Source: Candidatus Poribacteria bacterium
Lineage (GTDB): Bacteria; Poribacteria; WGA-4E; WGA-3G
Direction: 5' to 3'
NCBI GenBank assembly: GCA_965205015.1
Contig: OZ242029.1
Location: 1,632,001-1,696,000 of the forward strand
Length of the DNA stretch: 64,000 nucleotides
Of this stretch, positions 47,174-55,896 are shown one piece after another. How positions within the stretch are numbered: the first letter of the stretch is position 1; each line of letters begins with the position of its first letter. The notes beneath the pieces are model-generated. The model saw only the letters and a list, made by a program, of their open reading frames with translations. It searched no databases and had not been told where the DNA came from. A program made the translations under genes and the position numbers.

Positions 47174-48421
47174 TTAGAACCAGAAGCGTGACATTAAAAT
47201 AATCTGATCGGTCCCTTGAAGTTGACGGCGTGTGCCTTTGTCTTTGGTCGTATCATTGGCATTGTGATCCGCGTTGGCGAGGTTTGCCCAGTAAAAGAGA
47301 GAAATTGCCCCGTTTTCGATAAAATTGTACTGAGCATTGAATGTGACCCGTTGGCTTGCATCTCCCTTAACCGTTCGATCTGGGTCAAACAGACCGTATC
47401 GACCCGCAACAGTGAGTTGGGGGAGAATACGATATTTTGCGCCGACGTAATACCCTTTTGAATCAACGGCATCCGGTGCGAAAGAGACAACCTCTCCGCT
47501 ATTTCCAAAATTGAATTCACCCTCAATACTCACGCCTGCGTAAGAAGCAGTGAGAAATGCCCCGATGAGTCGTTCCCAGTCTTCGGTTGATTTTTCAAGG
47601 ATTGCGGACGCGCCTGCTCGAATCGGTCCGAGTTGTGCACCAAGGGTCCCGAGTCCGCCTTTCGCTGCGGTGGTGTTGGTATTAAAGAAAGCGGCATTGT
47701 AGAAAACCTTTCCAGCACTTCCGCCGATCTCAACGCCGACATCCCGTTTATTAGAACCGAGTCCATACCCTTCTCGAACAAGGATATTATGGTCCTTCTG
47801 TTTGATAGCGAAGGGCAGTCGAAATTGTCCGACTTTGACATAGAGGTGTTTTGGAATCGCATCTACCGTTGCAAACGCATTCATCGTTGTCCCAGCGTTG
47901 TTGGAAAGGGTGAGTCGAACGTGTTCAGAGGCTTCCGCGTTGAACGTTACTTCTGCTTGCATGAGCAGAAATCTGTCGATCGAAGAGTGGCATGAATTGC
48001 ATCCAGCGATGGCCCCACCCCCTTCGCTGTCTTCTTCGTTGGCATGCGTTGTTTTGATAAAAGCCGTCTGGAAATCAAGAGAAGTTGTGAGTCGTTTGAC
48101 GACTTCCTTGACTTCTTCCGTCACGGCTTCCATATCGAAATCTTCGGGAAATTCGAAATAGTTCTCTTCAAAAATCTCACCGACCCGATTTCGGGGACCG
48201 CCGCCAGCCGGGTCAAGATGACAAAAGCTGCACTCTTTCTCAAGTTCGGTTGCAAACTCAGGTCGTGCCTCTACAATGATCGGGAAAAAAAGACTCAGTG
48301 AAATACTGACGATGAGCGCGAGCCATGGAAGTAATGATACACCTCCGGATATGTCCAGCCGTTTTGGCAGCGAAATGATATGACTCAGGTATCTCACCCA
48401 GTCGTTACAGTGTGAATTCAA
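47174..48421 (-). CDS. Outer-membrane porin-like beta-barrel with two N-terminal CxxCH motifs
   Basis: CSFCH, CNSCH, VKVGQFRLPF, RDVGV, amphipathic strands, C-terminal Phe; start codon uncertain. Confidence 0.7.
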   Translation of the reverse strand: MNSHCNDWVRYLSHIISLPKRLDISGGVSLLPWLALIVSISLSLFFPIIVEARPEFATELEKECSFCHLDPAGGGPRNRVGEIFEENYFEFPEDFDMEAVTEEVKEVVKRLTTSLDFQTAFIKTTHANEEDSEGGGAIAGCNSCHSSIDRFLLMQAEVTFNAEASEHVRLTLSNNAGTTMNAFATVDAIPKHLYVKVGQFRLPFAIKQKDHNILVREGYGLGSNKRDVGVEIGGSAGKVFYNAAFFNTNTTAAKGGLGTLGAQLGPIRAGASAILEKSTEDWERLIGAFLTASYAGVSIEGEFNFGNSGEVVSFAPDAVDSKGYYVGAKYRILPQLTVAGRYGLFDPDRTVKGDASQRVTFNAQYNFIENGAISLFYWANLANADHNANDTTKDKGTRRQLQGTDQIILMSRFWF

Positions 48422-48438
48422 AAGGTTCTCCTTATCTT

Positions 48439-49002
48439 TTAGTCAAGTTTCGTGAAAACGTAATCGATGTCTTCGGCTTGGACATGGCATCCCCAACAGA
48501 TACGCCCTTGAAATTTGAGGCTGAACGCGGCATCTGGCGCGTCTCGGAGGTATTCAGTGAACTCCCAATCATTGTGATCGGGGTCCGTGCCTGCTTTTTT
48601 CCGCATAATCGCGATGAGCCCGATATAATCCTTACCCGGACGGGTCGCATCTTTTACGACGATACTTCCATCCGGATATGGAAACTGCTGGGTCCCATTC
48701 GGTGCAATGGTGGCCCGTGTTTGATTGACGTAAACGTTTTTTGTGCCGTTGTGTGGGTCGCCACCAGGCGTAGGCGGGATAGGTTCTGCATTTAATTTGA
48801 GCCATTGTGTGTAACCTGCCACATCGTCGGGCAAGCCGGGGAGTACCACTACCGGTTCTTGAGGTTGAACGGGTTCCTCTACGGTCGTAGTTTCTTCTTC
48901 GGATTGTTGAATAATTTCTTCGAGTTGTTTTTCGCTGGCACAGGCGGTGAAGAGTAAAGTTATCGCCAGGACAGCCAGCAGGTTTCGTGTGTGCGTTTTC
49001 AT
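48439..49002 (-). CDS. Cytochrome P460-family lipoprotein
   Basis: Lipobox LFTAC, YPDGSIVVKD, IMRK, WEF, C-terminal CWGCH..DYVF. Confidence 0.85.
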   Translation of the reverse strand: MKTHTRNLLAVLAITLLFTACASEKQLEEIIQQSEEETTTVEEPVQPQEPVVVLPGLPDDVAGYTQWLKLNAEPIPPTPGGDPHNGTKNVYVNQTRATIAPNGTQQFPYPDGSIVVKDATRPGKDYIGLIAIMRKKAGTDPDHNDWEFTEYLRDAPDAAFSLKFQGRICWGCHVQAEDIDYVFTKLD

Positions 49003-49232
49003 GATGAGTACCTCATTTTTAGATGATGGGTCTTGAAGTCTTTCTTAATCCCCGCCATACCTGTTTAATATACCACGAAATGCCGAATATGTCAAGTGTA
49101 TAAAGTTTTGACACAGAGCCATTCAATTTTTCTGTAAACCGTTTTGCAGATTTGTCCGTTTGCAGTTGGAATATTCTCTGTAACCTTTAAAGGACGTATC
49201 CCTTACAGAGATAATATAGGAGGCGTAACCGA

Positions 49233-49736
49233 ATGACAAAAGAGCAGTACGACAGTTGTTATAACACAGGCACCTATCTGACCCTTCCGTATGGTGAGTT
49301 TGTTGAAGCTTATGCGCTTGGGTTGTTAGCACATAAAGACACAGCACAAAGGGTGCGGGAATGGGTTTATGAACAAGGATTTGAACGCGCCGCCGATCTT
49401 GACATAACAGCCTCGGCGGAATTGTGGTCCTTGTTTCGGAATCTCACGCGCGAGCTGTGTATTGAAATGTTGAAGTTACCTGAAGCAAAGAATCCACTTG
49501 CATGCCCTGATTCTGGGCGGGCTGCAGTGCCTACCACTAAACTTGAGGTGTTTTACCAATTGCTGCGAGAGGTGCCTTTCAAGTATAAGCGCGCTTTGCT
49601 CTTGACGTACCTATTTGAAGAGAGTCCGGAACAGATTGCCTATATCTTAAATAAGCCTCCTGAGGAAGTGCATGATCTGATAGATAGAGGAAATGCTGAG
49701 TTAGGCGTAGCGTTCCTTCGTGTTTCGATGCGTTAG
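49233..49736 (+). CDS. Degenerate ECF sigma-factor-like protein
   Basis: sigma2-like AYALGLLAHKDTAQRVRE; sigma4-like VPFKYKRALLLTYLFEESPEQIAYILNKPPEEVHDLIDRG. Confidence 0.65.
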   Translation: MTKEQYDSCYNTGTYLTLPYGEFVEAYALGLLAHKDTAQRVREWVYEQGFERAADLDITASAELWSLFRNLTRELCIEMLKLPEAKNPLACPDSGRAAVPTTKLEVFYQLLREVPFKYKRALLLTYLFEESPEQIAYILNKPPEEVHDLIDRGNAELGVAFLRVSMR

Positions 49737-49850
49737 AACTTATGAAGGGTGCTGCCCGAGCCGTTCAATGTAAGGACGAGCTGTACTCTCGCTCTGTCTA
49801 TGCCGGTCCTAACACCAACGAAAAAAATAATGGCACAAAGAGGTGAATAA

Positions 49851-50384
49851 ATGACTAAAGACGATTTCAGCTTGTGCTATAACAAAAAAAACACTAAAGA
49901 TAGTAAGACTTTGGGAGCCAATGTTTTTGGCCTTGCCTACCGGATCGTTCCGGACGCCGACGCAGCGTGGGAAATTCGGGAGGAGGTGATGGAGATAGGT
50001 CTCAAACGTTGTGCCGAATTTGAAGTAGAAACGGCTTGGGAGGGGAAGGGACACTGGCCTGGCTTAAAAAAACTAACACGTGACCGCTGCGAAAGAATGA
50101 TTTCACGACCGGCGCGAGAAAATCCGCTGGCAAAAGAGACATTAAACCAGTGGCCTTATGACCCATGGGCAGCCGCCATTGCAAACCTGTCTTTTAGATA
50201 TCGACAAATTTTTCTTTTAGGTATGGGATTTAGTAATTGCCCGCGAAACATATACGCCTTACTAAATAAACACAGGTCCAAAAATGAGAAGAAACTTACG
50301 CTGAAAGAGGTCAAAAATCTTCAGGTGAAGGCATCAACTCTCATGGTAACAAACCTCACGGAATCTTATTTACCTAGTACTTAA
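49851..50384 (+). CDS. Degenerate ECF sigma-factor-like protein (paralog of the previous ORF)
   Basis: Shared start MTKxxxxxCYN; VFGLAYRIVPDADAAWEIREEV; LTRxxC and NPLA; AIANLSFRYRQIFLL. Confidence 0.55.
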   Translation: MTKDDFSLCYNKKNTKDSKTLGANVFGLAYRIVPDADAAWEIREEVMEIGLKRCAEFEVETAWEGKGHWPGLKKLTRDRCERMISRPARENPLAKETLNQWPYDPWAAAIANLSFRYRQIFLLGMGFSNCPRNIYALLNKHRSKNEKKLTLKEVKNLQVKASTLMVTNLTESYLPST

Positions 50385-50395
50385 AGGAGAATCCC

Positions 50396-52561
50396 TTGGA
50401 CGGAATTATACATCCTAATGTAGAGCAGGTCTGCCGGAAGTACATCTACAAAGATGGGGCATCAGCGGAAATCGCTACTCTCGTTCATGAAAATCCTATT
50501 TCGACTGAAGACCTTGATACCCGTGTGCTGACTTACCTAATGGAAAATAGTCCTTACGCGCGTCACTGGGATACTATAGCTGCGCGTCTAAGAGTGGGCG
50601 ATATTTACACCCAAAAAGCTTTTAACACCCTTGACGCGCCAGCACAGCAGTGTTTACGCTTACGCGCCCTTAATGGTTGTTCTATACCCGAAATTGCCTC
50701 AACGTGTCGGCTGACCCCGCAAAAAGTTCATGCAGTACTGAGAGCGGCGCGATACAATTTCTGGAAAGCGTTTGTTATCTCCGAGGCGCGTGTTCTCCAC
50801 AAATGTCGCCAGTTCGTCTATTCTGATACCGATGCGATGGAGGCTGCGATCGCCAGCTGCTCCCACAGTTGTTCAATTTCCAAGACAGACGTGCTCGCCT
50901 ACTTAGACACCACGCCGGTATCTTGGGAGAATTGGGATACCTTGGCAATTGACTTCAAGGCATTGGACGCTGGAACCGCAGCGCGTGATGTCCAAGAAAT
51001 TTTCGAGACGCTTGAAGCCTCCGAGAAAGCCCTCCTCCGTTTGCGAGTCGTCGATGGACACACCATTGCGACAATCGCGAGGACGCGTGACGAGACAAAA
51101 GCGCATGTCGAAGCGTCCTTAATAACCTATCGGACAAAGTTTTGGAGGACACTCGTTGAAACAGATTGCGTCGTCCTGCGCGAATGCAGACGCTTAATTC
51201 ATGATGATAGAGACGCTGAAGAAATCGCGGTCGCTATCCAGAAGCGTGGCGTACCTGTCGAAAACGTGCGTCGACACATATATGACTATCTGGTGGAACG
51301 TTGGGATACCACACCCGACTGGGACGATCCGGCGTTTATTAAAGTTGTCGAAGCCGTGGTTGACCCAACTGTTCCAAAGAGTGCTGGCTTTGAAGCCGCA
51401 AAGACAGCCTATAATCTGCTTGAATATCCAGAGCAAGACCTTTTGAAATTCAAAGGGGTCGAGGGTGTATCAGATGAAATAATTGCGCAAGTATCCATGG
51501 AACCTCTTAATCAGGTTAAAGAGAAAGCCGGTGCAGCAAAGGAGACGTTTTGGAAACTCTTCACGCGTGAACGGTGGTCCACGCTGGCGTACTTTATCGA
51601 AAAACTCTGTGAAGACGCTGATTCGTCTTCTACTGATATCCTCAAGGTTGAGGCGGAGTACCTCGCCGCTAAGGCGGCTTATAATTCACTGGATGAAATA
51701 GACAAAGAGGTCTTGAGACAGCGGTGTGTGCAAGGACTCTCTGTAGAAGAAATCGCCGCTAAACAGCGGGTCTTCCCTATTGAGGTTGCGGAAACTTTGA
51801 CGGAAGCTCGTAAAAAATTCTATCAAGAATTTTTAGCCGAAATCTATCGTCTCTGGGGGCTGAAGACACCCATTGAAATCGGAGGGGACGAGGATGATAT
51901 AAGTAACGCTTGGGAGACACTACAGGAACAACTTTACAAATTCGTTCCAGAGAATTTCCGCGGTTGGTTAACGACTGCTGCGCAACACTCAAAACTCGAT
52001 TCTAAGAAAAAAGATTACCACCGGAGACTTATTCCCAAAGACCATGGACTCACCTATATGAATCCTGAAGGCGAATTAGTCCCTGTCATATCCGTGCGTC
52101 CACTACAGGCAGATGAAGTGCTTGAAAGAGAAGAATCGGAAAAAAAAGAGTTAAAGTTTTGGGAGAATGAAAGGGAACGCTGGCATGAATTGCTAACAAG
52201 GACCACCGAAGCAATTTTAGGGTCTAAAAAGCCGGAAAAAAAGTTATATCTTTTGATGAATTACATTCTCCAACCGAAACTCAACGAGCTCAGGGGCGCC
52301 GAAACCCGCGTGCCTCACGAGTTTCAGAAGCCCGGCGAGGCGATGGCGGTATCCCACGTCGATCACCAATATCAATCCGAAGTCACGCAGACATGGATCG
52401 GTGAACCCATAGATGCAACGGATAGGAGCATCCGCCGCTACGTTGGCGAAATCATATCCCTTGTGGAGGCGTCTGCAGAAGAGGTTGGCATAGAAGGAAC
52501 AGAACTTGTTGCAGGTTGTGCCCCTATAAAAGAATCGGATGTCAAGAAGAGACGGGATTAG
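50396..52561 (+). CDS. Multi-repeat sigma70-like protein with four sigma4-like HTH units
   Basis: Four L-x4-(Q/E)-x-L-x-L-x3-G-x-S-x2-IA...V...ARxxF-like units, interleaved CRxxI/VxxDxxAxE segments, and a late FRGWLTTAAQH sigma2-like segment. Confidence 0.7.
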   Translation: MDGIIHPNVEQVCRKYIYKDGASAEIATLVHENPISTEDLDTRVLTYLMENSPYARHWDTIAARLRVGDIYTQKAFNTLDAPAQQCLRLRALNGCSIPEIASTCRLTPQKVHAVLRAARYNFWKAFVISEARVLHKCRQFVYSDTDAMEAAIASCSHSCSISKTDVLAYLDTTPVSWENWDTLAIDFKALDAGTAARDVQEIFETLEASEKALLRLRVVDGHTIATIARTRDETKAHVEASLITYRTKFWRTLVETDCVVLRECRRLIHDDRDAEEIAVAIQKRGVPVENVRRHIYDYLVERWDTTPDWDDPAFIKVVEAVVDPTVPKSAGFEAAKTAYNLLEYPEQDLLKFKGVEGVSDEIIAQVSMEPLNQVKEKAGAAKETFWKLFTRERWSTLAYFIEKLCEDADSSSTDILKVEAEYLAAKAAYNSLDEIDKEVLRQRCVQGLSVEEIAAKQRVFPIEVAETLTEARKKFYQEFLAEIYRLWGLKTPIEIGGDEDDISNAWETLQEQLYKFVPENFRGWLTTAAQHSKLDSKKKDYHRRLIPKDHGLTYMNPEGELVPVISVRPLQADEVLEREESEKKELKFWENERERWHELLTRTTEAILGSKKPEKKLYLLMNYILQPKLNELRGAETRVPHEFQKPGEAMAVSHVDHQYQSEVTQTWIGEPIDATDRSIRRYVGEIISLVEASAEEVGIEGTELVAGCAPIKESDVKKRRD

Positions 52562-52600
52562 ATGGCGGGGAATCAGGGGTATCAAGTTGTAGACCTCTGG

Positions 52601-53425
52601 GATCCGCTACAAGATTTCCTGTTTTGTCCGATTGGTACCCAGTTATCTCTTAAGTGTTTTAGGAAAGGGCAGTTTGAAAACTAATATCTAACGTGCGTGA
52701 AATTCACGCCACTGATAAATATCTAACGAAACAAGGAGAGACTCATGTCGATTACGAAGTTGCAAAATGGCGGCGTCGAGTATAAAATCCGAGTGAAGTC
52801 TGGGGATTTAGCAGCCAAAGGTGAAGGGATGATGAGGATTGTGCCTGCGACTGATGGGCAATTCTCGGTCAACGTGTTATTCCCCAATGAAACGGGTACG
52901 CTGCAGCCTTTAGATTTAACCGCCGTGGAACGTGTCGCATTGGTGGAGAGAAAAATTGGCTGGTTTGGCAAGAACCAATGGGTAAAACCTCTGGTGATCA
53001 CAGCAGGTAATTTCATCGGGGTTCCGCTCGTACTTGACGCGCTTGTAGGTGGTATCCAAACTGCTGGTGAAGCAATTCAGATGCTTGCCGGGGGAACTTT
53101 TATGGCTACTACCTATGGTACTGGGGTTTACACAGGGACGAGACTCACGCGCTTGGCAAGATTCATTCTCACAACCGAAGATGAGAAGCATGCCGTTTTG
53201 GAAGGTTCTGAGAACGCTTTCTGTTTTCTGGATGGTGTGTATACGGCGCCGAACATTCAATTGGAAGAGGTAGCATCTGAAATCCCGGAGGCGCCGGCAG
53301 CAGATGAAGCCTCTGAGGCACCGGCAGCCGATCCTACACCGGCACCGGCTTAAGGGACAGAATCTACGAGTGGGGCTTCCCGCCTCACTCGTTGGCTTTG
53401 GAAGGAATCAAAAATGCGTCTCTTT
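52601..53425 (+). repeat. Duplicated cassette copy 1 (leader, gene, hairpin and start of the next gene)
   Basis: Colinear with 54851-55649 over long identical stretches. Confidence 0.92.
52745..53353 (+). CDS. Small membrane protein with a Gly-rich hydrophobic insert (family member 1)
   Basis: RBS AAGGAG; near-identical paralog at 54994. Confidence 0.8.
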   Translation: MSITKLQNGGVEYKIRVKSGDLAAKGEGMMRIVPATDGQFSVNVLFPNETGTLQPLDLTAVERVALVERKIGWFGKNQWVKPLVITAGNFIGVPLVLDALVGGIQTAGEAIQMLAGGTFMATTYGTGVYTGTRLTRLARFILTTEDEKHAVLEGSENAFCFLDGVYTAPNIQLEEVASEIPEAPAADEASEAPAADPTPAPA

Positions 53426-53878
53426 AAAGAGCCGAACTTTCCGCTCGATGTACTTAAAGGCACAGCCGCACCTCTCGGCACGGGACACGCCTTCTGTATC
53501 CGAGAGGACCCGAATATTGGGCTCCACGGCTGGTTCAAATTTGTGAGCAACAGTCAGAGGCAACAGTTGGCACTGACAGACGTATCCCGACTTGAGATGT
53601 CTCGGGGTATGTTGGAGGTAAATCCTCGAAAATGGGCGGCACCTACAGCGGTTGCAGCGCTGAGTCTTTTCACCCCATTACCTGCGTTTCTGGAATTCGT
53701 TGGAATTGCAGTTGCAGCGGTGTCCAGTGGTTTCACGAAAACGCGTGTGCGTTTCGTCTGTGAGACAGTCGGGGGTGATCATTTTACGGGGAGTCTTTCT
53801 CTAACGGGTTTCGTTGCAGCGAGAACCTTGTGGCAGAAACAGGGAGAATCTCGGTTAAACCCGATGTTCCTAAATTAA
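53414..53878 (+). CDS. Small membrane protein (family member 2)
   Basis: LALTDVSRLE...hydrophobic hairpin...VRFVCET. Confidence 0.7.
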   Translation: MRLFKEPNFPLDVLKGTAAPLGTGHAFCIREDPNIGLHGWFKFVSNSQRQQLALTDVSRLEMSRGMLEVNPRKWAAPTAVAALSLFTPLPAFLEFVGIAVAAVSSGFTKTRVRFVCETVGGDHFTGSLSLTGFVAARTLWQKQGESRLNPMFLN

Positions 53879-54026
53879 CTATAGTTTGGACAGTTGTAGC
53901 ATAGGAGACCGTTGGTCTCCTGTGCATCACTATCCCCGATTTTTGTGAGAGTGCCTCGCGGAAATGCAACTGAAAAAAAATAAACTCGGAAACGGAAGCG
54001 AGGGTTCCTCCAGATGGAGGCGAACG

Positions 54027-54476
54027 ATGGAAAAGACACAGCAATCCACACAAGAGTTCCGCGTGAAGGTTATCCATGGAAATTACCAAAAAGGGCGGAG
54101 ACACTGGTTTCGCGTGACGGTTCTCTCCGAGGATAAAATCCACGGGCGTTTTGAGATGAAAACGGAGAAAGGGGACTCGGAAACCCTTGAAATGGAGGCG
54201 ATCGTCAGGTTTGAACAGACCACGAGCGGCAAATTCAGGGTAGGCGACTGGATGATGCACTACTTGCTGCCGCATTCGGTGTCAATGTTAGCGGCGAGTG
54301 CCTCTCTGGTTGATTTACAAGGCATGGAGCTGGCATCACGAAATGTCCGGTTTGTGTGTGCCACAGAGAATAAGTATTTCTGTGGGGAGATAGCACGAAA
54401 CGGTTTCCGTTTAGCACAAGCGTTGATCCAGCAGACAGAACAGGCAGATGCGGTAAAGTCAGGGAATTTCTGCTGA
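54027..54476 (+). CDS. Small protein (family member 3)
   Basis: RBS GGAGG; LEMEAIVRFE...VRFVCAT. Confidence 0.7.
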   Translation: MEKTQQSTQEFRVKVIHGNYQKGRRHWFRVTVLSEDKIHGRFEMKTEKGDSETLEMEAIVRFEQTTSGKFRVGDWMMHYLLPHSVSMLAASASLVDLQGMELASRNVRFVCATENKYFCGEIARNGFRLAQALIQQTEQADAVKSGNFC

Positions 54477-54482
54477 CTTGTT

Positions 54483-54740
54483 CTATGCCTCACCGGTTTC
54501 ATCTCGGACACATCGAAAGCCGAGCGACATGTTCGTTAACATTCTTGTGTTCCCATTTCGTTGAAAAACACGTAACGTTTGGTACCAATCTGCGTAGCTT
54601 CCACCTCGGGACACTGCGTGGCTCCGCGGATTGATGCCTTCAAAGTTCTCTACTATCCATTGAAGGTTCTGCTTTGTCGCGACCGGATTTTTAAAAGGTG
54701 AGTTCTCATAGAAGTAGGGTTCGTAGTCATCAAGGCACCC
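54483..54740 (-). pseudogene. C-terminal fragment of an FGE-sulfatase (SUMF1/C-type-lectin fold) protein
   Basis: WEGCLDDY..YFYENSP.KNP...SRGGSY...LGFRCVR; the N-terminal part is missing next to the duplication junction. Confidence 0.7.
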
Positions 54741-54850
54741 CTCCCATCTGAACGTGCGATGAATCGCACTACTATGAACTGGCCCGCTTGTAGTGGGGCA
54801 ATTCATGGTTCTCCCGTCGATTACCGAAATATTTTCTGAAACTTCATTGA

Positions 54851-55649
54851 GGTCTGCTACGAGATTTACCGTTTTGTCCGATTGGTACCCGGTTATCTCT
54901 TAAGTGTTTAAGAAAAGTCAGTTTGAAAACTGATATCTAACGTGCGTGGACTACACGCCACTGAGAAATATCTAACGAAACAAGGAGAAACTCATGTCGA
55001 TTACGAAGTTGAAAAATGGAGGTGTCGAGTATAAAATCCGAGTGAAGTCTGGGGATTTAGCAGCCAAAGGTGAAGGGATGATGCGGATTGTGCCTATGAC
55101 TGATGGGCAATTCTCGGTCAACATGTTATTCCCCAGTGAAACGGGTACGCTGCAGCCTTTGGATTTAACCGCCGTGGAACGTGTCGAATTAGTGAAGAGA
55201 AAAATTGGCTGGTTTGGCAAGAACCAATGGGTTAAACCGCTCGTCGTTACAGCGGGGAATTTCATCGGGATGTACATCGCGGCGCCGTTCGTAATTGGCG
55301 CATTCAGTGCTCACATAGCTGAAGCAGCAATGCTCGTCGGGGGTACTTTCGTTGCGACAACTTATGGTGCTGGCGTGTATACTGGCTCGAAACTCAATCG
55401 CTTGGCAAGATTCATTCTCACAACCGAAGATGAGAAGCATGCCGTTTTGGAAGGTTCTGAGAACGCTTTCTGTTTTCTGGATGGTGTGTATACGGCGCCG
55501 AACATTCAATTGAAAGAGATAGTCCCTGAAACCTCTGAGGAACCGGCAGCCGATCCTGCACCGGCACCGGCTTAAGGGACAGAATCTACGAGTGGGGCTT
55601 CCCGCCTCACTCGTTGGCTTTGGAAGGAATCAAAACAATGCGTCTCTTT
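54851..55649 (+). repeat. Duplicated cassette copy 2
   Basis: Colinear with 52601-53425. Confidence 0.92.
54994..55575 (+). CDS. Small membrane protein (family member 4, duplicate of 52745)
   Basis: Near-identical N- and C-terminal parts with a divergent hydrophobic centre. Confidence 0.8.
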   Translation: MSITKLKNGGVEYKIRVKSGDLAAKGEGMMRIVPMTDGQFSVNMLFPSETGTLQPLDLTAVERVELVKRKIGWFGKNQWVKPLVVTAGNFIGMYIAAPFVIGAFSAHIAEAAMLVGGTFVATTYGAGVYTGSKLNRLARFILTTEDEKHAVLEGSENAFCFLDGVYTAPNIQLKEIVPETSEEPAADPAPAPA

Positions 55650-55896
55650 GAAATTCTGCGAATTTTAGAAAAATTGCGTTCAACAAGATCAAACACGGAT
55701 TCGACAGAGGCACCCGCAGTTCAGTCGCACCCCTCGTCTACCGAAGGCACGGAGCGTGAAGCAGAGGGGTAGGTTACGGTGCGGTGAGGGACCCGGACGG
55801 CAATCTGCGAACTTTTACCGGCGGTTCGTTAGCGGTCCTAGAGTTTGGACAGTTGTGAAACTTTGAGAATCTTCATAGGAGAAAGGAACTTTACAG

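Noticed and set aside
49233-52561. Link between the sigma-like genes and TnpB (RNA-guided transcription activation)
   Set aside because: They are about 37 kb apart, the TnpBs look like ordinary transposon nucleases, and no Cas12f/TnpB gene is adjacent to the sigma cluster.
55638-55772. 44-aa ORF MRLFEILR... as a real gene
   Set aside because: Only the first four codons match the 53414 paralog, so it looks like a duplication-junction by-product.
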